A DNA stretch of 64,000 nucleotides from positions 27,654,001-27,718,000 of the forward strand of contig NC_087251.1 of assembly GCF_037042905.1 (NCBI RefSeq), in the 5' to 3' direction. This document shows, piece by piece, positions 1 to 13,763 of the stretch. Positions within the stretch are counted from its first letter, which is position 1; every line of letters begins with the position of its first letter. This DNA is from Lytechinus pictus (Eukaryota). The notes beneath the pieces were generated by a model. That model did no database searches. It was not told the origin of the DNA and saw only the letters and a program-made list of their open reading frames with translations. Made by a program: the position numbers and the translations under genes.

Positions 1-3000
1 TGCAAAATCTTCTTTTTTTTCTGTAAAATCAGTTTTTTAAAACAATGCAATATTATGGCTGAACTGGTATTCAGCTCGATTATATCGCCTTTCTCAATCA
101 TATTACATTTCATCATATTAATCAAAATCATGAATGTATGGGATAGACATAGACACATAAAAAATGCACAGCCCTATTTATAATTGGAATTTGATGGAAA
201 ATAATGAATTATTGATTAAATGTCATAGTGAATTCTAATAATTTAATTAGAATACATCGTCACATTTAAACAGGCCTATTTAAGTACCAATCCATAATTT
301 ATGAAATATTTAACTAAAGATTTAAAATAAAATTACATTCAAAATTAATGTATAATTCAAATTTGCAATACTATAGTAAAGAGAAAGCTTGATGAAATGG
401 ATTGCGCGGAAAGGCATATCGATACCTAATATGAGAATGAAAAAACATTTTCATATATATTTTTGTGAACTGATAAAGAGTTATATTGCACTCTTTATCT
501 CATATCTAACCAGTTCGTTCATTTCTATCCTAAGATTGTATTTATCATTATATACAGATTATTTGGCTCACCGTATTATATTTAATGAGGAAAAAATCAT
601 CTTTTAAAGATTGAATCAACAAAAAATATCACTTTGAAATTTTCCCTCTCGCCAGCCAGTTTCTTATCTTGCAAACCCGAGAACTCGCACGGTGTGTTAT
701 TCCAAACCCCTTCTTGGCTTGGGCCTTGGCAGGCGGGACGTCTACCATTCCATTTCCCTCGCTTCCGCGTGGCCCGATTTCTGGCGGGAAACCAACCCTG
801 CAGTTCTTTAATGTTAGAGTACATCATGACCTTTATTGGATGTAAGAAATCTGATCAACTGATTACCTGTGATAGAAAGAGATACATCAGGATTCGAAAG
901 ATGGAGATCGAGGGTAAACGATTTTTCTATAGTCTCCGCTAATCTAGGATAAACACACAACCTGATTGTGTTACCGCCACGAACACGAATTACGAGAGAG
1001 AAAGAACTGGGCCTATACCCAGTGATATTTTGGCGATGAATGTGTTTCATAATATGCCTCGAGAGTGAAATCAAGTCTTTAAAATATGAAATTTCATGCT
1101 GCACATGTTTGATTACTTTTCGATCTGATGTTTCGCGATGAAATTCGACTTTTATATTAAAGACAGTGATTTTTTAATGTGTACACGGGCGGGATGAAAT
1201 CCTATATGTTCGTATTGGTTTTGATTTTTAAAGTTGTTCCATCGAGCTTAAACTTATCGATTTGTTACCGAGTCTCTACTTTTATCAGCCGTTTTTCTAG
1301 AAATAGCTCATTAATATACTGTTCACTATAAAAATCAAGAAATTTGCTTACATGAACAATATCATCATACTCGTACCCATTCTATACAATTGCATCGCCT
1401 TCTTTGAAAAAATGAAAGTATCAAAGTGCGCCATTTCAACACTTACACAAAAATATATTCTCAGATTCAGAGTGCTATGAATTTCAAAGAATCTTCAATT
1501 ATATTTGAAAAATTTGTAAATATCCCAAGTCAAATAAAATCACTTGGGCTTTAAGATTATGCAAACGATCCACCAGACCACCTTGACAGGTTATATTTTC
1601 CTAATGAAGAGCACCGGAGCGCATCATCTTCGTTACCTGGGTATAATGTGGGAAAAGGGTTTGAGATGCATTAAAAGGAGAAAGGAAGCTCTGAAGACTG
1701 TGTAAACACCCTCTCCCGTGGGACCTGTTTTGAAAAGGCCAGCAAATAAGCTCTCTGGACCAATACCAATGTTAGAGGGCGTATGGGGTAGAAGAGTGAA
1801 GAGGGGTTGTGGTGAAGTCGGGAATGATGATGCGGACACTTAACATATTTAGATCTTAGGATTCCTGATGTTTCCGACCATATATAAGGCATTGGATTCA
1901 TCATTCTTGTTATCTCTATACAATTAAAGGAGACATCTAATTATGTCTTATATTGATTGATCTGAAGTCGACTCATAAACCCCTACTTCTACGCCCGTAA
2001 TTATATTCCCGCGATAGTATTAATATGTCATCCTGCGGTGTTCCTTCAAACTTATTTCCCTTCCCTCATAATAGTGCAAAAACCAATAACGACTAGAAAT
2101 GAAGGGACACTGCTTAATAGTTAATGGTTTATACCAGCAGTTAATTGTTTATAAATAACCAAACCCTGTTAAAAGGGTGCCATTAATGGTCCTTCCTCTC
2201 CATGCATGTCAAGTTTCATCTGGAAGTATACGCAGATGCTGGTAGATTCTTATTCGCTTTGACGTGACAGATGCCATCCCATCTAACGGCACCACTGAGG
2301 ATGATTTTATTCATCCTCGTCCATCATTCAGCAACCGGGAATTAAGACAGAATCAAGACAAACCTTTTACCTCCGTCCTCTGTCACTGTCTCTTTATGTC
2401 TTCTCATGTGCTGTTAAGTTCACCCCTCCAGGCTGTCCTATTACCCCCCCCCCCTTGCAACTATTTTAGCCTGACGCATGCTGGTCTCTTCATTTCAAAA
2501 TGTATCTTTATCAGGCTTGAGTATGTACATATTCGGTGTCAAAAGTCTTTACATCGGCGATAGTATTGGAAGAGGAGCATGGGAGTTTTACAAAAGGAGT
2601 CCTAGGTCTACCACGCTGGTATAGCCAGGGAATTGATCGTATTAAAATGCACAATTTTAAAGTGGACATTGAATATCTTGAGTGGTGTTGTATTACCGGA
2701 AAATCTAAACTATTTCGTAATCCTTCAATTCCATTGCTTTTATATTGTTTGCTAGAAACCAAATATTGAAAATGTTATCGATTTCAATGATTAGGCAAAA
2801 TAATGTGTAATCCCCTTTATCTTCATTTTAGTATGGTATTCACCGCAAATTAGTCAGCTACATTTTCGTAATTTCCGTGTATTAAAGAATATAACATTGA
2901 TTTTGCGGCACTATTCTAACGATTACAAAAGTAATATGACTGATGGAGGTGCCACGTAAAAGTATTCTCATTCTAACAGATTGCACGTCCCAATTTATAT

Positions 3001-3031
3001 GCATTCACTTTGGTCTAATTATCTATCAATT

Positions 3032-3196
3032 CAGGGGGCCGTTTCATAAAGCTGTTCGTAAGTTAAGAACGACTTTAAGGACGAATGATGACCCTTTCTA
3101 ACGCGCAAAACCATCGATAATGAATATACCATTCGCCATAAGAAAGGATCACCAGTCGCTCTTAACTTACGAACAGCTTTATGAAACACCCACCTG
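3032..3196. mobile_element. Short MITE, family C (Harbinger-like), with CAG/CTG flanks
   Basis: Left GTTTCATAAAGCTGTTCGTAAGTTAAGA is the reverse complement of right TCTTAACTTACGAACAGCTTTATGAAAC; related copies at ~10109, 45068 and 50211. Superfamily is inferred from G-rich termini and 3-bp CWG flanks. Confidence 0.85.
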
Positions 3197-4873
3197 GTCG
3201 CATGTCCATGTATTTGCCAAAACCTAACAGAATTAGACTTTCAGGATCGAAAGTCGCCGACTGTCCACCTACACGCCTTTTCCTGTTCCCACATATATAT
3301 CCCATCAATTACACCGGAAAAACCGTGTCTTGAAGCAAAATAAGGGATTGATTGCGTAGAATATCGAACATGAGTAACAGTAAGAGCATTGAACGAAGAA
3401 ACTTGTTACGTTTGGTAAACGTGCTGGGAGCGACGTGTTCCAGAAGATGAGGAAAAGAGGTCGGGGGTGACTGATTTTGTAACCTACTAAAGCCTCTCTT
3501 CTGCGCCAATGTTGCGTGTAAACGAATGGTTTTGATTAAATCACGCATGGTTTTAATTAAAGATATGTGTAGTAAGTTGTATTATTATTTCATTCACAAA
3601 CTGAAATAATTATTTTCGAGAAACTAGTGATAGAACATTTTGATATCATTGACTTCATATGAAACGCAAATTACATATTTTTCAGATAATTTCAGGATGA
3701 GTTAAGAAGCAATGCGTTGTATGCTAAAGCAGCTTTAACTCCTAATCCCCGAGAGAGAGAGAAAAACTCTTGAATGTACCAAATATGCCCTTAACATTAG
3801 CACCTATGGAACTAATTCGTCACCAGCACATTATAGAAACCATTAGCTGAAAAGGTCCATTCTTGATCTTATCGTAAGTGCAATAAATATCTAAGTCTAT
3901 ACCTCTAGCGTTAGGTTGCTATTTTAAAATGCATTTCGTGGGTAAATAAATATAGGCGGGGAAAGGCGGGGGGCTAAAAAGAAAAATTAGAACGGACGAC
4001 CTACATTTTTTTCCCAAACCAGATCAAAGCGGTGACGTACGGTTTTATTGATTTGATGTTGCGTGTTCTTTTTATAAAAGCAAAGCGTCGCCGCCATTTT
4101 TCGAGGTTGCCTCCAGTTCATATATAATGTTTGGAATCGAATGACTCGATCTCACCATTATGTACACTGTATACAGTCCTGTTTTGGATGTTGGTAATAT
4201 TATGACAAAATTTGATAGCATTTTGGTTATCGATAAAGTGACAAAATGGCAGCGGTTTAATGCAATATGGATTCTTTTTTTCATTGGTCGAGGAATGTCT
4301 TGTTATTCACGTGTACTAGGTAGAGTGAAAGGAGGAGTGATATTACGAGTTTTGATGAGATTTTAAAATGATTCAATCCAATTATGCACAATAAATCGAA
4401 AGGAGAGATGTTTGGTCATGTAAGGCAAAGTTCGAAACAGAAAATCGAAAATTCGAGGTAGCTGGGACTGATGTTTGGCGAATTGGACTTTGGACTATCT
4501 AAGGTAGATTCGAACTTATTATTTTTTCTTCATCTTTTTTTTTCTTCTTTTGGGAGAGACTTGCAGGTTAAAGGCAAAATGATACTCAGCATTAGGAAAT
4601 GTGTGATACGCATATGGATCTATACATATACCATATGTGTATAAGGGTGTGGGTGATGGTGTGTTGGTGTGTGTGTGTATAAGTATAAGATATATACATG
4701 AAAAAAAAAACATATACCCAAATGCCGAATTAACTTTTCATCTGAGACAACCGTAGCGTGCCCGGATTGTGATCGCATCCTACCAATCGTACGATCTCAT
4801 TTTGATGTCGTATGACGATTGTGTGATTTTCGTAAGTAAGTCGTAGCATAGAGTTATACATATTTTTCTGTAA

Positions 4874-6067
4874 AGTATGATCGTAGCCCATAAACACACC
4901 TATGGTGAATTGTACAATGTACGGTCATCCTATGATCAACGCAGGGGCATCGTGTGATATATCTACGAATTATAGTATGATCGTAGCCCATAAACACACC
5001 TATGGTGAATTGTACAATGTACGGTCATCCTATGATCAGCGCAGGGGCATCGTGTGATATATCTACGATATACAGTATGGTCGTAGCCCATAAACACACC
5101 TATGGTGAATTGTACAATGTACGGTCATCCTATGATCAACGCAGGGGCATCGTGTGATATATCTACGATATACAGTATGATCGTAGCCCATAAACACACC
5201 TATGGTGAATTGTACAATGTACGGTCATCCTATGATCAACGCAGGGGCATCGTGTGATATATTTACGAATTATAGTATGATCGTAGCCCATAAACACACC
5301 AATGGTGAATTGTACAATGTACGGTCATCCTATGATCAGCGCAGGGGCATCGTGTGATATATCTACGATATACAGTATGATCGTAGCCCATAAACACACC
5401 TATGGTGAATTGTACAATGTACGGTCATCCTATGATCAGCGCAGGGGCATCTTGTGATATATCTACGATATACAGTATGATCGTAGCCCTTAAACACACC
5501 TATGGTGAATTGTACAATGTACGGTCATCCTATGATCAGCGCATGGGCATCGTGTGATATATCTACGATATACAGTATGATCGTAGCCCATAAACACACC
5601 TATGGTGAATTGTACAGTGTACGGTCATCATATGATCAGCGCAGGGGCATCGTGTGATATATCTACGATATACAGTATGATCGTAGCCCATAAACACACC
5701 TATGGTGAATTGTACAATGTACGGTCATCCTATGATCAGCGAAGGGGCATCGTGTGATATATCTACGATAAACAGTATGATCGTAGCCCATAAACACACC
5801 TATGGTAAATTGTACAATGTACGGTCATCCTATGATCAACGCAGGGGCATCGTGTGATATATCTACGAATTATAGTATGGTCGTAGCCCATAAACAAACC
5901 TATGGTGAATTGTACAATGTACGGTCATCCTATGATCAGCGCAGATGCATCGTGTGATATTTCTACGAATTATAATATGATCGTAGCCCATAAACACACC
6001 TATGGTAAATTGTACAATGTACGGGCATCCTATGATCAGCGCAGTGCCATCGTGATATTTCTACGAT
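4874..6067. repeat. Tandem array, 100-bp unit, 12 copies
   Basis: TCGTAGCCC(A)TAAACA recurs at 4881, 4981, ... 5981 with an exact 100-bp period; copies differ by only a few substitutions. Confidence 0.98.
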
Positions 6068-8706
6068 CTCCGTGTCGTGTTTATGGCTTTGTTTTGGTCC
6101 CTCTACGATGCCCTTAACATGAAATCTTACAATTGGCCGTAAATATTGTACATTAAAGTTTCGTAGCCTACAGTTTTTAGTAATTACAATGGCCCCTAAT
6201 AAAGGTAAATATCATAGACTAATCTTTCATACGACGATTGTAGCAAATGAAAAGTAGGCATAAGCAATAAAATGATCATGATTCAGTTGACAATAATGTC
6301 TGTCGGCATTGCTTCACTTAGTGTTCTAGATATAGTTTCACATTCATACTAAAAAGGAATTATTTCTATAATGTAAAGGAAGGCTAAATCAGTCTTAAAT
6401 CAATGGTCACTTGAATGTTAAAAAAGAATTCATGAATAGCAAAATATTAAATTTAAACACAGTATCTGGACGTTTAAAACAAAATCTAGATGAGTCCGTT
6501 AAGGAAGTGGAATTGATAGTACCAATTATATGTTCATTTTGAAGACTGTGTTGTTGTCAACATGCTACTTCTTTCGTCAGATTCGGCTGGCGTCATCAAA
6601 TTGGAAGAAATGAAAATCATATTTGCGTGGCTTTGATAGAGTCTGCCGTTTGTATTGATATCTATATCAATAAGTTGTCTGTCGATGGATGCTGGGACAA
6701 TGTGGAGCGAACGAACGGAATGAGAACCTGGCAAGAACATAACAGACGCCATGACATAGGAGGGGCAGAGAGCCCCTATGATTTTCAGGTAATGAAAAAA
6801 AAAACATTTCGAGAAAGTAATAAGTTTTAAGAAGAAGAAAAAAATATTAAAGAGATTTTGCGGGGCGTGTAACTGCACTTCTTTATTTTTTAAAGGTCGC
6901 CCCTTTCACTTCAAACCCAGCCCCCTCCCACCAGAAAAAAAGTCCTAAAAAGACCCGCCAAAACCAAAAATGGAATGAATCGGTGAAAGCACATTCAAAT
7001 CGTCCAAAATTGCCATTGTGCAGACAGCAGACAGCGCTGAAAAAAGATACGGAAAAAAGGGATTTGAAGGACTTTGTGAGGAAGGGGCGAATAAATTTGA
7101 AGAAACGGAAAACCTTCGACCTTGAAACTTCTGAGGGTCTCTGCACGATTGGATTGTAATTGGATAAAGGAGCGTGTATCGGAATGCCACAGCCACTCGC
7201 TCCATCGCGTCTTCCAAATGAAATCTCACTTCAAGAGAGTGCACTGCCAAAGCTGAAAAGGAGACGCCACATACATACATTTCAGGCCCAACGGTGATGC
7301 TAATTGTTGCGGACATCGCATATTAAAGCCCTCGTGTCGTCCTCCTCTCTTTTCACGCGTCATTGGTGTTTTGTCCCCAGTCAGGACAAGGCTGATTATG
7401 GATATATATTGTGCATGGGGAGGGGGCACATCATTCTGCCTTAATCACTTGGAGATATGCATCTTTACCAAGACGCCATTTAAACAATATTGAAAACTGA
7501 AGGTGAGGGTGAGGAAATTGCACCCAAAAGGCAAAATAATCCCTTGAAACAAGAACTACCATGATTAGATTGAGGAGGTTGTTGATGGCCCCTGTATATT
7601 TTGCATTAGATGCAAGCAGAGTACACCAATCAAATTCAAAAGGGGTCAAAATGCTAGCGACCGACGAGCAACAAGAAGTTCTCCTTTTGGTTGGAATCAT
7701 TTTTGTTTAACTTTGAACATCGGCCCCTCTCCTCTTTTATTGCTTCTCTTTAGAGAATTTCTGGTTTAACACGACATGATTGTTATCTCCTATTATTGCT
7801 GGCAATTTCCCCGCTATCTCCATCGATGTATGTCGTTAGGGCGTTGATCCGGCCTGACGCGCCAATAAAGTTACTTGCCATCGTTTTGGCGGGAACGAGA
7901 AGTGAAAGGGCGCTAGTGAGACCTCCATCCACCTCGGAATGTGATCATCCGACATTTTCATTCCGCCTCGGTCAATGTTGTTAACCGTGCTTGTTTTCTC
8001 AAGTAACATTATGTTGAGGGGATATCTTCGCTCTGTCGTTTTCATAAATCACCAAATCTTTTCAAGGATAGGACATAATTTATCTATCGTTATGGAATAA
8101 AATGGGTGATGACGCGGTCGTTATTGCCAGGAATAGTCTCGCGGAGATAAACAAAAAGCGAAAGGTGTGATTGTGGAAGCGATGGGGTAGACGAGCTCTC
8201 GTAAATACCTTTCAAATAACAAAATGTCTCTATAATAAAAATGTTTCATTACATCGCCTCAGATGAAACCTCTCTTGTCAATGTTGGCTTGCAGGTGGAT
8301 GCAAATAGAGAGGCGATCGTGTGTATCATCTTATTGGTTACTTTACTTTTTTTTTCTTATGGTTTGCCAGGTTAGCCTAATAATTTCCAATCTAATAGTT
8401 TGAAAGTATCCCTTTACACTTAGGTTTAAACTTTTCAGGTTGTCTTCATGCGGGATCGAAATCGAATGGTAGACACGTACGATGCGACTGCGCAGTTGAG
8501 TACGATTTGAATAGGATGTGAGAATTTTGTTCCAGTGTGAGTCCAATCGAATCGAAATTAAAATGCGTACTGTGCAAAATTACTAATTCATATTTCTATT
8601 CCTTTTCCAACGTAAAAAAATTTATAATCCACATTGAATAAAACCATGTTTACGTTTACCATGTATTTGTTACCATTTCCTTGCTGTACTACCCTGGGTG
8701 GTTCTT

Positions 8707-8841
8707 GGGACAGTGTCACGAAGCGTCTCGTCGGTGATTTTACCCAACACGTCTTGCTGTCAGCCAATCGTATGCAAGGATTTCAGTAGCTGATAACAAT
8801 TGATGGCAAGACTCGCTAAATATTTCTTTATGAAATGCTCC
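8707..8841. mobile_element. Degenerate short MITE, family E (CAGCCAATC core)
   Basis: Core CAGCCAATCGTATGCAAGGATTTCAGTAGCT and end TTTATGAAATGCTCC resemble the copies at 54203, 54353 and 58425. Confidence 0.5.
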
Positions 8842-9390
8842 TTGCACAATTTATTCCCTACCTGAAAAAAATAATCTTGAAAGATGAAGAGAATTCCATC
8901 CGCTCCTGGTAATAAAAGCGATCCTTGATGGTATAAAGCTCCTACGCATGTGACATGCCATCACTCAAAATTGATGTTAATCTTCCGTGCTTGAGTGATG
9001 GAGCGTAAAACATCTCAGCGGCCAACCGTTCATTAATGCCATGATTTCAAAAGACAGTCATCTGTAAAAGGCCTTTGGTTATATCATCCAAAATCCAATA
9101 TGCCCAACAGGCGGAGTGAATTGGCATAATTTCGAAAATAGATGATCATTCCTGCCTTAACTATTAGCACGCTTCTGTAATTGGGTGTAGAAGTTGAAAT
9201 TGGAATCGACTCGACTCGAATACCCTTGCTATGATTGAAGAAATGTTGCAATATTCAAAACTGAATCTTAATGTGAAATCGAATTTCTCTTAACATAGAA
9301 GTAATTTCAGATCGCAGTGCACTTTTGCGGGCACTTATGACAAAGCTTTTTTTCCCCCTTACATGGATTGGCTTACGACTAAATTCATTA

Positions 9391-9994
9391 TTAAAGGGAT
9401 GCTCTGGGCTGAAAATATTTGTATCTAAATAAATAGAGAAAAATTCACAAAGCAAAATGCTGAAAATTTTCATCAAAATTGGATTTAAAAAATAACGAAA
9501 TTATTGCATTTTAAAGATTTGGATTATTCCGGTGAAACAATTCTAGGCATGTCTTCATGAATATTCATTAGGTGAGCTAATGATGTCACATCCCCACTTT
9601 TCATTTTCTTATGTTATTACATGAAATCATAATTGTTTCATTTTTCATAAATGTGTAAATGATGTGTCTCTATTATTATGAAATAAGTTGCAGCGAGAAA
9701 TAACTAATTCACTTACTTATCTACTTGTTTAAGTTCTTGGTAGAATTTTTTTAATAATCCTGATTTCATATAATAAAATACAAAGAACAGGTGGGGATAT
9801 GACACCATCAGCCCTTCTATTGTATATTCATGAAGACATGCCTAGAACTGTTTCACCTGAATAATGCAATTTTTTTAATTCAATAACTTTGTCATTTGTT
9901 ATCCGATTTTGATCAAATTTTCAGCATTTTGCTCTGTGAATTTTACTCTTTTTATTGATATATAAATATCTTCAGTCCCGGAGCATCCCTTTAA
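9391..9994. mobile_element. Kolobok-type (T2-like) non-autonomous element, subfamily B, including TTAA TSDs
   Basis: TTAA|AGGGATGCTC ... GAGCATCCCT|TTAA; long imperfect inverted arms (e.g. GGTGAAACAATTCTAGGCATGTCTTCATGAATAT mirrored near 9825-9858); TTAA duplication with purine-purine termini fits Kolobok rather than piggyBac. Confidence 0.88.
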
Positions 9995-10108
9995 GATATT
10001 TCATTTTAAGTATTTCTTCTTATCGATTTTTTTAAATTTAAAATTGCCCCTTTCTGTACTTCATTACGTTTTGTCCCGTGCATTTTTTTCATGAACCATA
10101 CACCCTCG

Positions 10109-10275
10109 TGTGTGTTTATTAAAGCCGTTCGTAAGTTACGAGTGACTTTATAAGCGATTGTTGATCCTTTCTTGAGGTAAGTTATGACCAAATTTTCATT
10201 GGCGTGGATGTAGCTCCTAAGAAAGGATCACCAGTCGTTCGTAAAGTCGCCCGTAACTTATGAACAGCGATTATG
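10109..10275. mobile_element. Degenerate MITE, family C
   Basis: AAAGCCGTTCGTAAGTTACG ... AAGAAAGGATCACCAGTCG ... CGTAACTTATGAACAGC matches the 3032-3196 element. Confidence 0.7.
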
Positions 10276-11539
10276 CTCCACTGCGTATCTCCCCATGAAG
10301 CATCTTATTATTTTAAAGTCATTTAAAAAATTTGCAATGAATTCGTTTTCCAGTCATAAAATTACAAGCCCCTTTTCCGAAATTCATCGAGCCGAAGGAA
10401 GTAGCGGGTACCTTTATCCCATCCTCGTAGCTCTGTTTTCACGACATATACTGCAGTAACCTTCAACAACACTACATGTCCTTTATGCTTGAATGATGTA
10501 TAGGTCACCCCTACATTCATTTTCATTAATAAAGTAGAGTAATTCTTATTTTTAGAATATAGGACTAATAAGCTACTAATGAAGACTGAATCTATCGCAT
10601 ATACCAATTAATTTGAGGAACATCGAAAACAAATTCCCAATTATGATGCTGGCATGTGGCGTTATTATTGGTTATTGTATTGTTTTAATTGGATTGCCGT
10701 GCATATCCTCTCTGAACTTGGTGTAACAGGAGATTGCAAACAGGATGAATTCAATTCAGTTCTTGATTGGTTTTGTGACGTGGATTTAATGGTGGCGGCG
10801 ATGAATATGATACAAATCTCATCTCCGATCCAGTAAACCATTTCCTAGGTTTCTTCGCGTGTTACCATGGTTACATACTGGTATCAATTTTCCTATATAG
10901 TTCGAAGGTCGATCGATTACACAAAAATCTCATTTCATCTCGCGGTGATGTATATTCGGTTTGATCAGGAATTTATTATCAACAGAATTAGACCAAAGAG
11001 AAAGCCTCGCTTGTGTGGTTTTGTGCGATCATGCAAACTTAATTTGGAGGGAAAATGTTTGACCCACTTAAATTCAGACTTTCCATTCACTGTTCAAATT
11101 GTCGCGCAGGTTCCCCACGCCTGAAATATTGACTAGGAACGGAGCGAATCAGTTATACCGATGGCAAATGCAGCCTGTATCAATGACGAGTTAATGTAAT
11201 GAACGCCAAACGAAATCTTAGGTGGTACTGATATCTGTCTAATCAGAGCGGATGTTGGGCAACAGTGCAGAGACCAAAAGAAACAAGACGAGGTAAAGAG
11301 AAAGTAAAAGAGATTAAGAGAGACAGACAGAGAGAAAGATTTATAAGACGTGTATGAAATGGAGAAGAGGGGTAGAAAAGGCGAAAGATGATGTTGAAGG
11401 TATTTTCGTACATGAGGCAACGCCATGCAGTATGTCACGTGGTTTCGACATCACCCTTCTCAAGTTCCTAACCCCGGGGAGCGCGCAAAAATGCAATGTT
11501 GAAGATTTCCTTTGGTCTTCTGCACCTATCTCCCCTATC

Positions 11540-11735
11540 ACCGTCTCTTCGTCTGTATCTCTCTCCTCTTTTTCTTTTTTTTTCTCTTTATCTGCCGCTC
11601 TCTTTACCTCTTTCTATTTTCTCTCATCCCCTCTCTCTGTGTGTATATCTCTGTGCTATGTGTGGGTGTACGTTTGTGTGTATGTGTCTCTCTCACCGCA
11701 TCTCTCTGCATCTCTCTGTCTCTCCCTCCCTCAAG
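11540..11735. repeat. CT/GT-rich low-complexity tract
   Basis: Runs of CTCT, TTTC and GTGT; it explains the three overlapping spurious ORFs here. Confidence 0.75.
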
Positions 11736-13181
11736 TAGAGTTTACCGTATAGGCCCAACAGCAACGGAAACCCATCACGAGCACACTCCAATCTAGATAT
11801 TAGAAATTACGCATAGAGTTACATTTAGGGGGTAACACATGAGGAGCAGTACAAACAAATTATTTTTCAAGAGCTTCATGGCATACACCCTCAACTCGGT
11901 GCCCCTGTCGACTACCGGGGATGAAAAACGAGATGGACAGAGGGAAAGAAACAAATTCTTCTTCATCTTATCTCCTCTGAACGATGCAGAGCGTGGACTG
12001 GGGCTATAATCAAGTTGTTTTCACCGGAAGACAGAGGTATGCAAATTGTAGCACGAGTCAAGCAAAGTTGAAACAGCGGGACTTGGAACACGGGTCGGCT
12101 GCCGACGGTGGGAGCTATTATTGTCAAGAAAGTATCGGACGAACCTTTTGGCGCATTTTCTACTGGGAAGGATTAATCTTCCTTCTTTCTATAAGTAGAC
12201 GTTGAATTTTTCCAGTAGTATGTAGACTTAAAGTAATTAAGTAAAGCCTTGACAAGGACATGACCTGGTCTATTCTGTCCTTGTGAGAATTACTTTATCA
12301 TTACAGATTATGATAACATTAGCTTGACTTGACGATAAAGTTATTGTAAATGGTGCTGCGAAAATGGCGTTACGGTCTCTGAAATGAAATACGTGCTGCT
12401 TTAAGGTAACATACTGGTAATATTTCTATGTCTGTCGAACTGTCATTATGCCACGCTCTCCCTCACACCATACCCCATTTCGACACATCCCCCTGGCACG
12501 ATGTGGAAAGAAAAAAGATTTCGAAAGATAACGTTTTTGTTTTCTTTCTTTTCGTTTTAACTATTTCGTATGATTTTCATTTTTTTAATCGATGTTTAAC
12601 TTTACTTACATATCTTTTGTTTCTTGTTACAATCTTCTCTATAAGTGTATATATTGCTCTAGATGCTGTACAAACACACTACTCTTGCAGACACTGCTAC
12701 TTTCCTTCTCACATGTCACATGAATTCTTTACAGATAGACCTGCTATTTAATCAAACCTTCGCCTCCCCCCAATCTTTTGTGGAGTGTCCTGGTGATCTG
12801 TGTATATTCTAGACGTCAGTTCTTCCTCTTTTATACTGGCGTGAAATGTCCCATTGGCCAAAAATGTCATGGATCATAAAATCAATACCCAACAAATAAA
12901 GAGTTCAAATTACTTGGCAGCCCCCGATGACCAATTGATCGGTGCGATTCGTAATGATAAATGACGGTCCAAGTGAAAAACCCTCCCAACAAATCGTTAC
13001 GAATTCTTTATCTTCTCTCTCTTGCTATCATAGTTGAGTTGCTCTAGGTCCATGCTCTCATTGTGGTTTCCAAGATTTCGAATTTAGAGCAAAATCCAAT
13101 TTGATGGATTCAAAATGAGCACTTCCTCCTAGCTGCATTCTTGATTTTTATTTCTCTTGGAACTCAGAGTTATTATGAAAC

Positions 13182-13763
13182 TTAAAGGTCAAGTGCACCC
13201 CCAAAAAATTTTGAATTTAATAAATAAAGAAAAATCAAACTAGCATAACGCTGAAAATTTCATTAAAATCGGATGTAAAATAAGAAAATTATGGCATTTT
13301 GAAGTTTCGCTTATTTATCACAAAACAGTGATATGCACAGCTTAGTGACATGCAAATGAGACAGACGATGATGTCCCTCACTCACTCTTTCTTTTTTTTT
13401 TCATTGTTTGAATTATACAATATTTCATTTTTTGCAGATTGGACAATAAGGACCAACTTGACTGAACCATATAGTGTTAAACAATGCTAATTCATTCCAC
13501 ATGTTCAGGAACAATGAGGAGAAAATTAGAATATTTCATGTTTCAGATAATAAAATACAAAAGAAATAGTGAGTGAATTACGTCATCGGTCTACACATTT
13601 GCATACCGACCAGGATGTGTATATAACTATTTTGTGAAATTAAGCAAATATAATAACTTTCTTATTTTACATCCGATTTTGATTAAATTTTCAGTGTTAT
13701 ACTTGTTGGATTTTTCTCTTTTTATTATATTCAACTTTTTGTTGGAGTGGACTTGTCCTTTAA
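13182..13763. mobile_element. Kolobok-type MITE, subfamily A, including TTAA TSDs
   Basis: TTAA|AGGTCAAGTGCACCCC ... GGAGTGGACTTGTCCT|TTAA; long inverted arms; same orientation as the 25047 copy and opposite to the 34551 copy. Confidence 0.92.

Noticed and set aside
4874..6067. CRISPR array
   Set aside because: The whole 100-bp unit repeats with no unique spacers, there are no cas genes, and the context is eukaryotic.
5902..6117. 71-aa ORF
   Set aside because: It is a translation of the last satellite units.
6534..8045. Cluster of short ORFs in slightly GC-richer DNA as a decayed gene or retroelement
   Set aside because: No recognisable domain motifs or consistent frame by eye; BLASTX would be needed.
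11341..11796. Overlapping ORFs up to 132 aa
   Set aside because: They are open because the CT/GT low-complexity tract lacks stop codons.
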